In this document: in pieces, positions 48,263 through 57,683 of the stretch
Numbering within the stretch: position 1 is the stretch's first letter
How the letters are laid out: the number at the start of each line of letters is the position of its first letter
NCBI GenBank assembly: GCA_963740715.1
Contig: CAVUGD010000017.1
Coordinates: 4,447-68,446, forward strand
DNA: 64,000 bases
Source of the DNA: an uncultured Verrucomicrobiae bacterium
GTDB taxonomy: Bacteria; Verrucomicrobiota; Verrucomicrobiia; Chthoniobacterales; UBA10450
Reading direction: 5' to 3'
Position numbers and translations under genes: made by a program
The notes under the pieces: model-generated
The model's input: the letters and a program-made list of their open reading frames with translations, nothing else
Database searches by the model: none
Told to the model about the DNA's origin: nothing

Positions 48263-49653
48263 GACGCGCAGTGGGTCTCCAGCTGGCGTTTCGAAAATTC
48301 TTCCAGGACACGCTCGGTGCGGGCGGCGCGGCTGCCCTTGATCAGGACGAGGTCGCCGGGATGCACGGTCTCGCAGAGGAGGTCGGCCACCTCTTCGGCG
48401 GAGGCGAGCGTGCTGCTGTTTTTCAAGCCGGCGCCGCGCGCGGCCTGCGCGATCTCGGCCGAATCTTTGCCTAACGAGATGAGGCAGTCGATGCCTAACG
48501 ACGCCGCAATCTGGCCGACTTCCTGGTGGCCCCGGACGGATTCGGCGCCGAGTTCGGCCATTTGCCCGAGAACGGCGATGCGTTGTCCGTCGGTCTCGAG
48601 TTCGGCCAGGGTGCGAAGGGCCGCCTTCATCGAGTCGGGATTGGCGTTGTAGCTGTCGTCGATGAACTGGACGCCGCCGATATTCTTGACCTGCAAACGC
48701 GCCTTGGTGATCGGCGCGACGGCAAGACCGGCGGCGCATTGTTCGAGCGAAAGACCAAAGACGCGGCCGGCGGCGATGGCGAGCAGCGCGTTTTGCACCA
48801 TGTGCAACCCGGGGACCGGCAGGACGGCGTGACAACGATGCGCGCCTTCGTAAACGGTGAACTCCGCGCCTTCCGCGGTCTGGACAATTTCGCGCGCCTG
48901 CACCTCGCCGGCATCGATCCCGGCAAAAATGACCTTCGCCGAAGTGCGTTGCGCGATGGCGTCGGCGAATTCGTCGCTTCGATTCAGGATGAGGGTGCCG
49001 TCCGCGGGGAGCGCGGCGGCGAGCTCGCCTTTTTCCTGCGCGATGGCTTCGCGCGTGCCCATGAATTCCAAATGCGCGATGCCGATATTGGTGATGATCG
49101 CGACATCCGGCCGCGCCAGTTGCGCGAGCGGCGCGATCTCGCCCGGATGATTCATTCCGATTTCCCAGACGCCGATCTGGTCGCGTGCGGTGGCCTCGAG
49201 CATGGTCTGCGGCAGGCCGACGTGATTGTTGAAATTGCCGTCCGTCTTCGTGACCTGGAAACGGTGCCCGAGGACGGAGGCGGTAAAATCTTTCGTGCTC
49301 GTTTTGCCGTTGCTGCCGGTGATGGCCACGACCTTGATGCCTAACGAGTGGCGGTAGTTGGCGGCGACCTGTTGGTAGGCCACAAGCGTGTCCGCGACCC
49401 GGAGGAGGGAAAAATCAGGAGCCGGTTTTCCGGTCCATTTCGTTTCCACGATCGCGCCAGCGGCGCCGCGCTCCATCGCCTGCCCGACAAACTTGTGGCC
49501 GTCGAAATTATCGCCCCGCAGGGCGACGAAAAGATCGCCCGGCTGGATCGTCCTCGAGTCGGTACTCAGGTGGGTGACGAGGCGATCGCCGTCGCCGTTT
49601 TGCCTGACGGCCCCGGCGAACTGCGCCATCTGTGCGATCGAAAGCGGATCCAT
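48259..49653 (-). CDS. murF: UDP-N-acetylmuramoyl-tripeptide--D-alanyl-D-alanine ligase
   Basis: ITGSNGKTSTKD; Mur ligase middle and C-terminal domains; cluster position. Confidence 0.9.
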   Translation of the reverse strand: MDPLSIAQMAQFAGAVRQNGDGDRLVTHLSTDSRTIQPGDLFVALRGDNFDGHKFVGQAMERGAAGAIVETKWTGKPAPDFSLLRVADTLVAYQQVAANYRHSLGIKVVAITGSNGKTSTKDFTASVLGHRFQVTKTDGNFNNHVGLPQTMLEATARDQIGVWEIGMNHPGEIAPLAQLARPDVAIITNIGIAHLEFMGTREAIAQEKGELAAALPADGTLILNRSDEFADAIAQRTSAKVIFAGIDAGEVQAREIVQTAEGAEFTVYEGAHRCHAVLPVPGLHMVQNALLAIAAGRVFGLSLEQCAAGLAVAPITKARLQVKNIGGVQFIDDSYNANPDSMKAALRTLAELETDGQRIAVLGQMAELGAESVRGHQEVGQIAASLGIDCLISLGKDSAEIAQAARGAGLKNSSTLASAEEVADLLCETVHPGDLVLIKGSRAARTERVLEEFSKRQLETHCAS

Positions 49654-49675
49654 GATCAGCGCGGCGATTTCCTCC

Positions 49676-49810
49676 GGGGAGCGGACGCGACCCGCGTGCT
49701 GGCGATGGCGACCCGCCAGCGCGAACTTTTCTCAGCAAAGCCCCGCCTTCCCAATCCCGGAAGGTTTCGGCGAGTCGCCGAAACCAGCACGCGGGTCGCG
49801 TGCGCTCCCC
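49676..49810. repeat. Palindromic element in the murE-murF spacer
   Basis: 27-nt inverted repeat, ggggagcggacgcgacccgcgtgctgg (49676..49702) / ccagcacgcgggtcgcgtgcgctcccc (49784..49810), with 1 mismatch. An inner hairpin reads ttcggcgagtcgccgaa. Confidence 0.8.
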
Positions 49811-49846
49811 GAAGCAGGTGGCGAAGGTTTTGGCCGACTATCATCT

Positions 49847-51325
49847 CTAGAATTCCAGCGGGCGATTATCGAGGGCGCGCAGCGCCATCTGGCGGTCGTC
49901 GAACGGGATCGTGTGATCGGCAAATTCCTGGTAGGTCTCGTGGCCCTTCCCGGCGATGAGGATGATGTCGCGCGGCTGCGCCAGGGCGATGGCGTGCGCG
50001 ATCGCTTCCGTGCGGTCGGGTACGGTTTCGAAATTCTCCGAGCGAAATCCTTTTTTCACGTCGGCGACGATGGCGAGCGGATCTTCTTTTCGCGGATTAT
50101 CGGAGGTGATGATGCTGTAGTCGGCGTTTTGATCGGCGACCCGGCCCATGAGCGGACGCTTTTGTTTGTCGCGGTCGCCGCCGGCGCCGAAGACGACGAT
50201 GAGGCGGCGCGGACTGAGCTCGCGCAGGGTCTTGAGGACGTTGAGGAGCGCGTCGGGAGTGTGGGCGTAATCGACGAAGACCTGGAACTGGCGTTTCGCC
50301 TGGACCATCTCGAGGCGGCCGGGGACCTGCGGCGACTTGGCCAGGCTGAGAACCGCTTCGCGCAGGCTCACGCCTAACGAATTGGCGGCGGCGAGCGCGG
50401 CCATCGCATTCATGACGTTGAAGCGGCCGATGAGCGGAACGCGGACGAGGTAGATTTTGCCGCGGGCATCGAGCTGGAAAGAGGTGCCGCTGAATTCGGC
50501 CCGGTAATTGGAAGCGCGAAAATCGGCCCGCGCGCCCATCCCGTAGGTGATGACCGGGACGTCGTCGCCGAGGCGCTTCACCAGCTGCTCGCCGTAGCGA
50601 TCGTCGATGTTAATCACGGCGCTCGCCTGCTTCTTGTTCAGCTGATTTTTCAGCCCGGTGAAGAGGAGCGCCTTCGCCTCGAAGTAGTCCTCCATCGTCT
50701 GATGAAAATCGAGGTGGTCCTGGGTGAGATTGGTGAAGACGGCGACGTCCCATTCCAGGCCGCGGGTGCGATCCTGCGCCAGGGCGTGCGAGGAGACTTC
50801 CATCATCGCCGCCTTGCAGCCGGCGCCGGCCATTTGCGAGAGCATTTCCTGGAGATCGAGCGACTCGGGTGTGGTCCGCGTGGCGGGCAAAATGCGCTCG
50901 CCGATCTCGTAGCGCACGGTCCCGATCAACCCGCTGCGCAGCCCGGCGTTTTCGCAGACGTGTTTGAGCAGGAAGGTGGTGGTCGTCTTGCCGTTCGTCC
51001 CGGTGACGCCGGCCATTTTCAGGCGCAGCGCGGGTTTTTTGAAAAAGGTAAACGCGAGGTCGGCCAGCGCGACGCGGCTGTCCGCGACCACGATGGAGGT
51101 GGCGCGGGAATGCGACTCCGGGCGTTCCACCACGATCGCCGACGCGCCTCTCTCGATCGCCTGTTCGGTGAACTTGTGGCCATCAACAGTCGCGCCGCGG
51201 ACCGCGACGTAGAGGCCGTTCTTCTGCACCCGGCGCGAGTCGTAGAAGATGCCGTCGACCTCGCGGTCGAGCGGGCCGAGGACTTCCTGGACCGGGATGG
51301 AGTCTGCGAGAATTTTGAGCTGCAT
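49847..51325 (-). CDS. murE: UDP-N-acetylmuramoyl-L-alanyl-D-glutamate--2,6-diaminopimelate ligase
   Basis: VTGTNGKTTTT and the DNPR motif (ITSDNPRKEDP). I prefer the ATG at 51325 (MQLKILADSIP). Confidence 0.9.
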   Translation of the reverse strand: MQLKILADSIPVQEVLGPLDREVDGIFYDSRRVQKNGLYVAVRGATVDGHKFTEQAIERGASAIVVERPESHSRATSIVVADSRVALADLAFTFFKKPALRLKMAGVTGTNGKTTTTFLLKHVCENAGLRSGLIGTVRYEIGERILPATRTTPESLDLQEMLSQMAGAGCKAAMMEVSSHALAQDRTRGLEWDVAVFTNLTQDHLDFHQTMEDYFEAKALLFTGLKNQLNKKQASAVINIDDRYGEQLVKRLGDDVPVITYGMGARADFRASNYRAEFSGTSFQLDARGKIYLVRVPLIGRFNVMNAMAALAAANSLGVSLREAVLSLAKSPQVPGRLEMVQAKRQFQVFVDYAHTPDALLNVLKTLRELSPRRLIVVFGAGGDRDKQKRPLMGRVADQNADYSIITSDNPRKEDPLAIVADVKKGFRSENFETVPDRTEAIAHAIALAQPRDIILIAGKGHETYQEFADHTIPFDDRQMALRALDNRPLEF

Positions 51326-51353
51326 GAGGCGTGAACACGCGAGGCGGGGGAAT

Positions 51354-53115
51354 CTAACGGGCATTAGTTAAGGCGACTCGTCCGGCTTGGTTTTGCGTTT
51401 CAGTTTCCTCATGCGGCTCAAGATCGAGATACCGCGCCGCCTGTTCCGCGACGCGGGAAAAAATGGGTCCGGCGACGGTGCCGCCGTAATTGAGATTGGG
51501 GTCCTTGGTGTGGGCGTCGTCGAGGACGACGAGAGCGACAAAGGCGGGGTTTTCGGCCGGAAGAAAACCGCTGAATGAGACGACGTATTTGTTTTTCTCG
51601 TAGCCGCCGCCGGGAGCGGCCTTTTGCGCGGTGCCGGTTTTGCCGGCGATCGTGAAACCAGGCACGGCCGCCTCGGCCGCGGTCCCGCGCTTGCTCACCA
51701 CGCCGCGGAGGGCGAGGGCGATCTGCGAGGCCGTTTCCGGCGAGATCACCTGCCTAACGACTGTCGGTTGCAGGGTGGCGGAGACTGCCTTTGTCGTCGA
51801 TGACCGTCTTGACGATGCGGGGCTGGATGAGCTTGCCGCCGTTGGCGATCGTCGCCATCGCCATCAGCATCTGCAACGGAGTGACGGCCACTTCCTGGCC
51901 CATCGGGATGCGGGTGATGGAAATCTTGGTCCAACTCCGCAACGGATGAACCTGCCCGCGGATTTCGCCAGGGAGCTCGATCCCGGTGTAAGCGCCGAAA
52001 CCGAAGCGGCGGATGTATTCGTAAAACTTTTGTTCGCCCAGCATCATGGCCAATTTGGCCGCGCCGATGTTGCTCGAGTGGACGAGCACGTCCTGCACGC
52101 TCAGGTCGCCGTAGCCTTTGTGGCCGTGATCGTGGAGTGGCTTGCCGCCGATGTTCCAGACGCCGTTCTCGCAGAAGACCATCGAGTCGAGGCCGACTTT
52201 GCGCTCGTTGATGGCAGCCGCGGCGGTGACGATCTTGAAGGTCGAGCCCGGCTCCATCTGGTCGACGATGGCGCGGTTCTTCATCTGCTCCGGTTTCGCT
52301 TCCGCGCGGAGATTGAGATCAAAGTTAGGCCGGTTCGCCATCGCCAGAATCTCGCCGGTCTGCGGCCGCATCAGGATGATGGTCGCCGTGGCCGGCCGGT
52401 ATTCGCGCACGGCGGCGTCGAGCTCGTTCTCGACGATCGTCTGCAGGCCCATGTCGATCGTGAGATGAACCTGGGAGCCGTTCTGCGGAGCCCGTTCGAG
52501 TCCGCGATAGAGAACGATTTCGCGGCCTTGCGCGTCACGCTCGATGTAGCGATAACCGTTATGCCCACGGAGATATTCCTGCATGGACGCTTCCACGCCC
52601 TGGATGCCTTTTTGGTCGAAATCGGAAAAGCCGATGACGTGGCAGAGCATCGGGCCGTTCGGATAAACCCGGATCGTGCTGCGCTCGCAGTAGACACCGC
52701 GCAGTTTTTCTTTGCGGAGCGTTTTCTCGAGGACGCGGGCGTCGGCGTCGGGCACCTCGCGTTTCAGGACGATGTAGCGGCGCTTGGTTGCAATTTTCTC
52801 CGCGATCTCGTTAGGCGGAAGCTGCAGGCTGCGGGCGAGGAGCGGGATCAGGGCCTCGGGATGGGGGATGAGGGAAGCATCGGCCACGACGGTCGCGACC
52901 GGGACATTCTGGGCGAGGACTTCGTGGCCTGCGTCGTAAATCGTGCCGCGTTCCGCCCGGATGACGGCGCGTCCGACATTCCTGTCCGCCGCCAGCTTGC
53001 TGTAGTGCTCGTGCATCACCAGCTGGAGGTAGATCAGCCGGTAGGAAAAGACGCTGAAGAGGAGCGCGAAGAAGATGCAGACGCAGGCGCAACGGGTGCG
53101 GCTATTCCAGTTCAT
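51354..53115 (-). CDS. ftsI: Peptidoglycan D,D-transpeptidase FtsI (PBP3-like), one frameshift as sequenced (~51783-51793)
   Basis: N-terminal TM, dimerisation domain, STFK-type motif (PGSTFKIV), SSN, and KTGT in the C-terminal fragment ORF 51354..51749. The junction reads ...VIDDKG / VSATLQPTVVRQVISPETA... Confidence 0.85.
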
Positions 53116-53480
53116 GGGCGGCCTCGCTGGTTGACGACCGGCTGGACTTCGTCCTCGCTCGCGGGGTGGCTCGAGGAATTCAGCCTAACGATGCTCTGAT
53201 CCGTGATCGGGATCATCTGGAGGTAGCCTTCCTTGAGCCGGCGCTGCAGCGCGGTGCGGGAAGTGAGAGCGGCGATCTGCACCCTGGCGTCGTCGTTCTG
53301 GGTGCGGGTGGCGATCAAGTCCTGCTCGAGCGCGCGCCGCTGCACCCCCTGGTGGTGGAGCTGGACGCTGAGGTAGACGTAGCTCAGGCCGGTGGCGGCG
53401 AGAAAAGCCACGATCACGATCCAGCGCGCGAGGGCCGGGGCATCGATCGGGTTGAAATTTTTCCGCCGGCGCCGGTTCAT
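53112..53480 (-). CDS. ftsL: Cell division protein FtsL-like
   Basis: 122-aa ORF from the ATG at 53480 (ATGA overlap with rsmH). Basic N-terminus, a single TM and a coiled-coil-like region, positioned between rsmH and ftsI. Confidence 0.65.
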   Translation of the reverse strand: MNRRRRKNFNPIDAPALARWIVIVAFLAATGLSYVYLSVQLHHQGVQRRALEQDLIATRTQNDDARVQIAALTSRTALQRRLKEGYLQMIPITDQSIVRLNSSSHPASEDEVQPVVNQRGRP

Positions 53481-54403
53481 CCGATCCTTTCTGCAACGCG
53501 CAACTTGGCGCTGCGCGAACGCGGGTTGGCCCGTTGCTCGACCGCGTCGGGTTCGATCGGTTTCGAGGTGATGAGGCGCAGGGAGTAGTCGGGATTCGGT
53601 CGCGGCTCGGGCCATTCCGGCCGGTCGAGGAACTCGCGGCTGCGGTCGCGGAAGAAATTCTTCACGATCCGGTCCTCGAGTGAATGAAAGGTGATGACCG
53701 CGATCCGGCTCCCGGGCTCGAGGCGACTCGTTAGGGCAAGGAGGCCGTCCGCGAGCGCGCCCAGCTCGTCGTTCACTTCCATCCGCAAGGCCTGGAAGAC
53801 CTGGGTCGCGGGGTGGCGCCGCCCGTGACGGCCGACGGTTTTCTCGATCGCCTTGGCCAGCGCGAGGGTTTCGCGAAAGGGCGTTTCCTTGCGCAGCTTC
53901 ACGATCTGGCTGGCGATGCGGCGCGCGGCCGGCTCTTCGCCCAGCTCGCGGAAAATATTCCTCAACTCTTCTTCGGTGTAGCTGTTGACGACTTCGGAGG
54001 CGGTCAGCTCGCGGCGCGGATCCATCCGCATGTCGAGCGGGCCGTTGCGCATGAGGCTGAAACCGCGGTCGGCGTTTTCCAACTGCCGCGAGGAAACGCC
54101 AAGATCGAGCAGGGCGCCGCCGATTTGGCCGATCCCGAGCTCGTCGAGGACGCGGCCGGCATCGCGAAAATTCGCCTGATGCAGAGTGACGCGGCGGCCG
54201 AAATTCGTCAGGCGCGCGCCGGCGAATTCGAGCGCGTCCGGATCCTGGTCGAGGGCCAGGACATCGGCCCCGGTCCGCAGGATGGCCTCGGTATGGCCGC
54301 CGCCGCCGCAGGTGCCGTCGAGAATGAGCGAACCCGGCCGCGGCGCGAGCAGCTCGATCGCTTCGGTCGCGAGCACCGGGCGATGATAGGTAAAGTCTTC
54401 CAT
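53477..54403 (-). CDS. rsmH: 16S rRNA (cytosine1402-N4)-methyltransferase
   Basis: HRPVLATEAIELL, DGTCGGGGHTEAIL, DLGVSSRQL, ITFHSLEDRIVK. Confidence 0.9.
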   Translation of the reverse strand: MEDFTYHRPVLATEAIELLAPRPGSLILDGTCGGGGHTEAILRTGADVLALDQDPDALEFAGARLTNFGRRVTLHQANFRDAGRVLDELGIGQIGGALLDLGVSSRQLENADRGFSLMRNGPLDMRMDPRRELTASEVVNSYTEEELRNIFRELGEEPAARRIASQIVKLRKETPFRETLALAKAIEKTVGRHGRRHPATQVFQALRMEVNDELGALADGLLALTSRLEPGSRIAVITFHSLEDRIVKNFFRDRSREFLDRPEWPEPRPNPDYSLRLITSKPIEPDAVEQRANPRSRSAKLRVAERIG

Positions 54404-54493
54404 GTCCTGCGCCTCCTCGTTGATCAGCAGCGGACCGGTCGCGAAGCGGATGGGCCGTTCAAATAACAGTGCGTTCATTTGAGGTTCCTCCCG

Positions 54494-54953
54494 CTACAGT
54501 CCGACCATGTTGGCCACATGCTGATAGGTAGGATGCTCCTCGTTATGGGCGGCCTCGCGCCGCTTCAGGTTCCAGATCTCAAAACGCCCGCGCCCGCCGA
54601 CGAGGACGATCTCGCGTTTCAGATCGAGTTTTTTGCAAAGATCATCCGGGAGGACGAGGCGGCCCTGTTTGTCGGAGGCGCCGTGCTGGGCCTGGGCGTG
54701 GAGCTGCCGAAAAAAAGTGCGGAGATCGCGCGGGGTGACGCCCGGGACAGTTTCCGCCGCGGCGCTGATCTTCTCGAATTCGTTGCGGCGGCATGACGAG
54801 CAGGAATTGCCCGTTCGGTTCGGGGACCATGAGGAACTCCTCGCCCGCGCCGTTGCGTCGCCAGCGCGAGGGGATGGTGACGCGATGTTTGTCATCGAGT
54901 TGATGACGAAATTCTCCCGCGTAAAAAGCTGAGTTTGTAGAGACCGAATCCAT
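54494..54953 (-). CDS. mraZ: Transcriptional regulator MraZ, one frameshift as sequenced (~54785-54792)
   Basis: Two SpoVT/AbrB-like halves: GEFRHQLDDKHRVTIPSRWR (ORF 54642..54953) and ASDKQGRLVLPDDLCKKLDLKREIVLVGGRGRFEIWN (ORF 54494..54994). Confidence 0.85.
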
Positions 54954-54994
54954 GCCGCAGGAGATTTACACCAAATTAATCCACTTCCCCCCAC

Positions 54995-55023
54995 TTTAAA
55001 CCACCGCGCATTTCACGGGTCAA
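54995..55023 (-). promoter_or_regulatory. Candidate sigma-70-type promoter of the dcw operon
   Basis: The minus strand reads TTGACC (55023..55018), a 17-nt spacer and TTTAAA (55000..54995), about 40 nt upstream of the mraZ ATG. It is followed by GTGGG / GTGGA / GGTGT repeats. Confidence 0.4.
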
Positions 55024-55080
55024 TAAAATAAATGCCGGTTTGCGCGCTTTTCTTTGGCCCCGTAAATTCCGGCCCGGCCC

Positions 55081-55563
55081 ATGTTTCGACCTTTTCTTAC
55101 TTTAATCGTCGCCCTTGCCGTCGCCGTCGGCGGCCCGCGCTTGCTCGCGCAAACGGCCGATGATGCCGTCCGGGTGACCGTGACGATGAATCCCGACGGC
55201 TCGAAGACGGTTTACCAAACCGACGGCGCCAATCGGCGCTCGACCGCCACCACCACCGCCGCGAACGGGAAAGCGCAGGGCAAGATTATCTACAAACTGG
55301 ATGCCGCGGGCCGCTATGAAAGCGGCGAGGTCTTCGCCGCCAATGGCAAGCTGCGTTTCAAGACCCGCTACCGCTACGACGCCGCGGGCCATCTGCTCGA
55401 GGAAACGCAATTGGCCAAGGATGACTCGGTCCAGAACCGGATTGTCTACAGCTATGACGCCGCCGGCCACTCCTCCGGCTATGCGGTCTATGACGGCGAT
55501 GGCCGGCTGCTCGGCCGCACGACCCCGAAGAAAGCGACTCCAGCTCGCGGCTCGTCCCGCTAA
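55081..55563 (+). CDS. Secreted protein with short YD/RHS-like repeats
   Basis: Signal peptide, then repeated YxxDAAGxxxE units (YKLDAAGRYESGE, YRYDAAGHLLEE, YSYDAAGHSSG). Confidence 0.55.
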   Translation: MFRPFLTLIVALAVAVGGPRLLAQTADDAVRVTVTMNPDGSKTVYQTDGANRRSTATTTAANGKAQGKIIYKLDAAGRYESGEVFAANGKLRFKTRYRYDAAGHLLEETQLAKDDSVQNRIVYSYDAAGHSSGYAVYDGDGRLLGRTTPKKATPARGSSR

Positions 55564-55651
55564 TTTCGAGGATTGGCGTTGTTATCCCGCAATTCCTTTC
55601 CACGCCCTCGTTAGGCCGTGGGGAAGATTAGGTATGCGATCGGCTATCACG

Positions 55652-55739
55652 TGTAGGGCGCGCCATCCTGGCCGCCGGGGGAAGCGTTGTTGGCCGGATA
55701 GACGCCACCCCCAGGGCGGCCAGGATGGCGCGCCCTACA
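55652..55739. repeat. TGTAGGGCG-type palindromic element
   Basis: 25-nt perfect inverted repeat, tgtagggcgcgccatcctggccgcc (55652..55676) / ggcggccaggatggcgcgccctaca (55715..55739). Confidence 0.85.
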
Positions 55740-55781
55740 AGACCTTGCCAGCAGGGGCAAAGGGAGTTATCAGGTCTTCGC

Positions 55782-56456
55782 ATGATCGATTACATCCAGA
55801 AGGGTGGTCTTCTCATGTGGCCAATTCTGGTCTGCAGCATCATCTCGATCGCTGTCTTCGCCGAACGACTCTTTTACTTTCATCGCGCGACCATTCACGT
55901 CGGCGAATTTCTCCAGGGACTTTCCAATCTTCTGCAACGGCGCAATTTCGCCGAGGCCTTGCATGAATGCGCCGGCACCCCCGGCCCGGTGGCGCGAGTG
56001 ATTCATTCGGCCATCATTCGCCACGACGCGCCGCGCGCTGAGTTGCGCGAGATCGTGCAGGAAGCCGGCCAGCTCGAGGTGCCCAAGCTGGAGCGCTTTC
56101 TCGGCGTCCTCGCCACTTTGGCTTATCTGGCGCCCCTCATTGGTTTGTTAGGCACGGTCGCCGGGATGATCGAAGCTTTCGGGATGGTCTCGTCCAATGG
56201 CGGCTACGCCACGGTGACGGAACTTTCGACCGGAATTTACAAGAGTCTGCTCACCACCGCTGCCGGTCTCGTCGTCGCGACGCCCACTTTTGTCGGCTAC
56301 AGTTATCTCTCTTCCCGGGTGAATACTTTACTGCACGACATGGAGCGCGCCGGGATCGAGGTCGTCCATATGCTGACCGATCACGCGCCTTCCGCCGAGA
56401 TCATCAGCTTTCAACAGGCGCAGGAAAAAAACGCGCTGCGCCGGGGCGAGCGCTAG
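55782..56456 (+). CDS. exbB: MotA/TolQ/ExbB proton-channel family protein
   Basis: MIDYIQKGGLLMWPILVCSIISIAVFAER start and the conserved LGLLGTVAGMIEAF helix. Confidence 0.8.
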   Translation: MIDYIQKGGLLMWPILVCSIISIAVFAERLFYFHRATIHVGEFLQGLSNLLQRRNFAEALHECAGTPGPVARVIHSAIIRHDAPRAELREIVQEAGQLEVPKLERFLGVLATLAYLAPLIGLLGTVAGMIEAFGMVSSNGGYATVTELSTGIYKSLLTTAAGLVVATPTFVGYSYLSSRVNTLLHDMERAGIEVVHMLTDHAPSAEIISFQQAQEKNALRRGER

Positions 56457-56491
56457 GCGGTGCCGCCCTTCGTTCTCTCGCCTAACGAGAA

Positions 56492-56896
56492 ATGAAGCTT
56501 TCCCGTACCACCAACATCAGCTTCGGCTGGCTCTATGTCTTTCCGCTCCTCGATGTCGTTTTCCTCCTCATCTTTTTCTTTCTCCTCAGCTCGAGCTTCG
56601 TCCTCCAGCCGGGCATCGCGGTGACGGTCCCTTTCTCGCGTTTCACCCTCGGTCCGCAACCGAACCAGCAGATCATCAGCATCACCTCGGGCCCGAATCC
56701 GGCGATCTATTTGCGCGATCAAAAAGTCACGCTCGACCAGCTCGGCCCGGCGCTCGACCTGACCAAACGCGAAGGCCGCTCGATCGTGATCAAGGCCGAC
56801 CGGCTCGTCTCCTATGACCTGGTCATGGCGGTGACGAACGCCGCCCTCGAGCGCGGGATCAATTCGGTCGCGCTCGCGACCACTCCGCAACAGTGA
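56492..56896 (+). CDS. exbD: ExbD/TolR biopolymer transport protein
   Basis: 134-aa ORF with an N-terminal TM (FPLLDVVFLLIFFFLL) and a periplasmic ExbD domain (VIKADRLVSYDLVMAVTNA). Confidence 0.8.
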   Translation: MKLSRTTNISFGWLYVFPLLDVVFLLIFFFLLSSSFVLQPGIAVTVPFSRFTLGPQPNQQIISITSGPNPAIYLRDQKVTLDQLGPALDLTKREGRSIVIKADRLVSYDLVMAVTNAALERGINSVALATTPQQ

Positions 56897-57683
56897 GCGC
56901 GGAGAGCTACGCCTCCGCCGAGCCCGGCGGCTTGCTTTTCCATTGGGAACGTCCGCGCCGGCGAAAAGTCGCGATCGCCGGTTTCCTCGTCGGCTCGGCT
57001 CGTGCTCCACGCGCTTTGCTTTTATCTTTTTCAGGTGGTCTATCCGCCGGCCATTTCGCTTCTGCCGCCTCCGGCGCAGGTCAGCTTTGATCGCGCCGAC
57101 CTCGGCGGAGGCCCGGACGTTTTTGAACTGGGTCGAAGCGGAAGATCCCGCGCTCGCTTCGCAAACCCAGCGGCCGGCCGATGCGCGCGCCTTTCAACTG
57201 CCGAAGGTCGCGCACGTTCCTTCCTATCTCGCCGTGCCGCCGAAGCTGAAGGAATTGCCCGCCCGCAAAATCTCGCCGGCCGCTCCTTCCGCCATGCCGC
57301 CGGCGCCCGTTCCGGTCGCGCTCGCGCCCGATCCCGTCGCCGCCATTGCCGGCGCCGACGATCCTGATTTTCTCCGGCGATCTGCGCGATCTTCCGGTCA
57401 CCCATCCGGAATTGAAATTCCGCGCCGCCTTGCGCGATGCCCCGGAGAGCGCGCGCGTTTTCGGATCGCGGTCGATTCGTTAGGCGCGGTCCGTTATAGT
57501 TTTCTCGAGCAATCCTCCGGCGATGCCGGGCTCGACCAGCAGGCGCGGCAGGCGCTCGCGCTCTGCCGTTTCACGATGGCGCAGACTGCGTCGCCTAACG
57601 ACGCCCTGACCTGGGCGAGCGCGACCTTCGAGTTTGGCACCGACCTCACCATGCCGCCGGGCGCGACGGAGCGCGCGCCGTGA
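56893..57683 (+). CDS. TonB-like energy transducer, 2-4 frameshifts as sequenced
   Basis: GTGA overlap with exbD. The TM (IAGFLVGSA/LVLHALCFYLFQVV), Pro-rich linker and C-terminal TonB_C-like FRIAVDSLGAVRYSFLEQSSGDAGLDQQARQALALCRF are spread over three frames. Confidence 0.5.

Noticed and set aside
47162-48835. A 557-aa version of mraY with a 191-aa Arg-rich N-terminal extension.
   Set aside because: The extension is an out-of-frame read through the 3' end of murF. The conserved MraY N-terminus begins at MMFYLHLL (start 48262), overlapping the murF stop.
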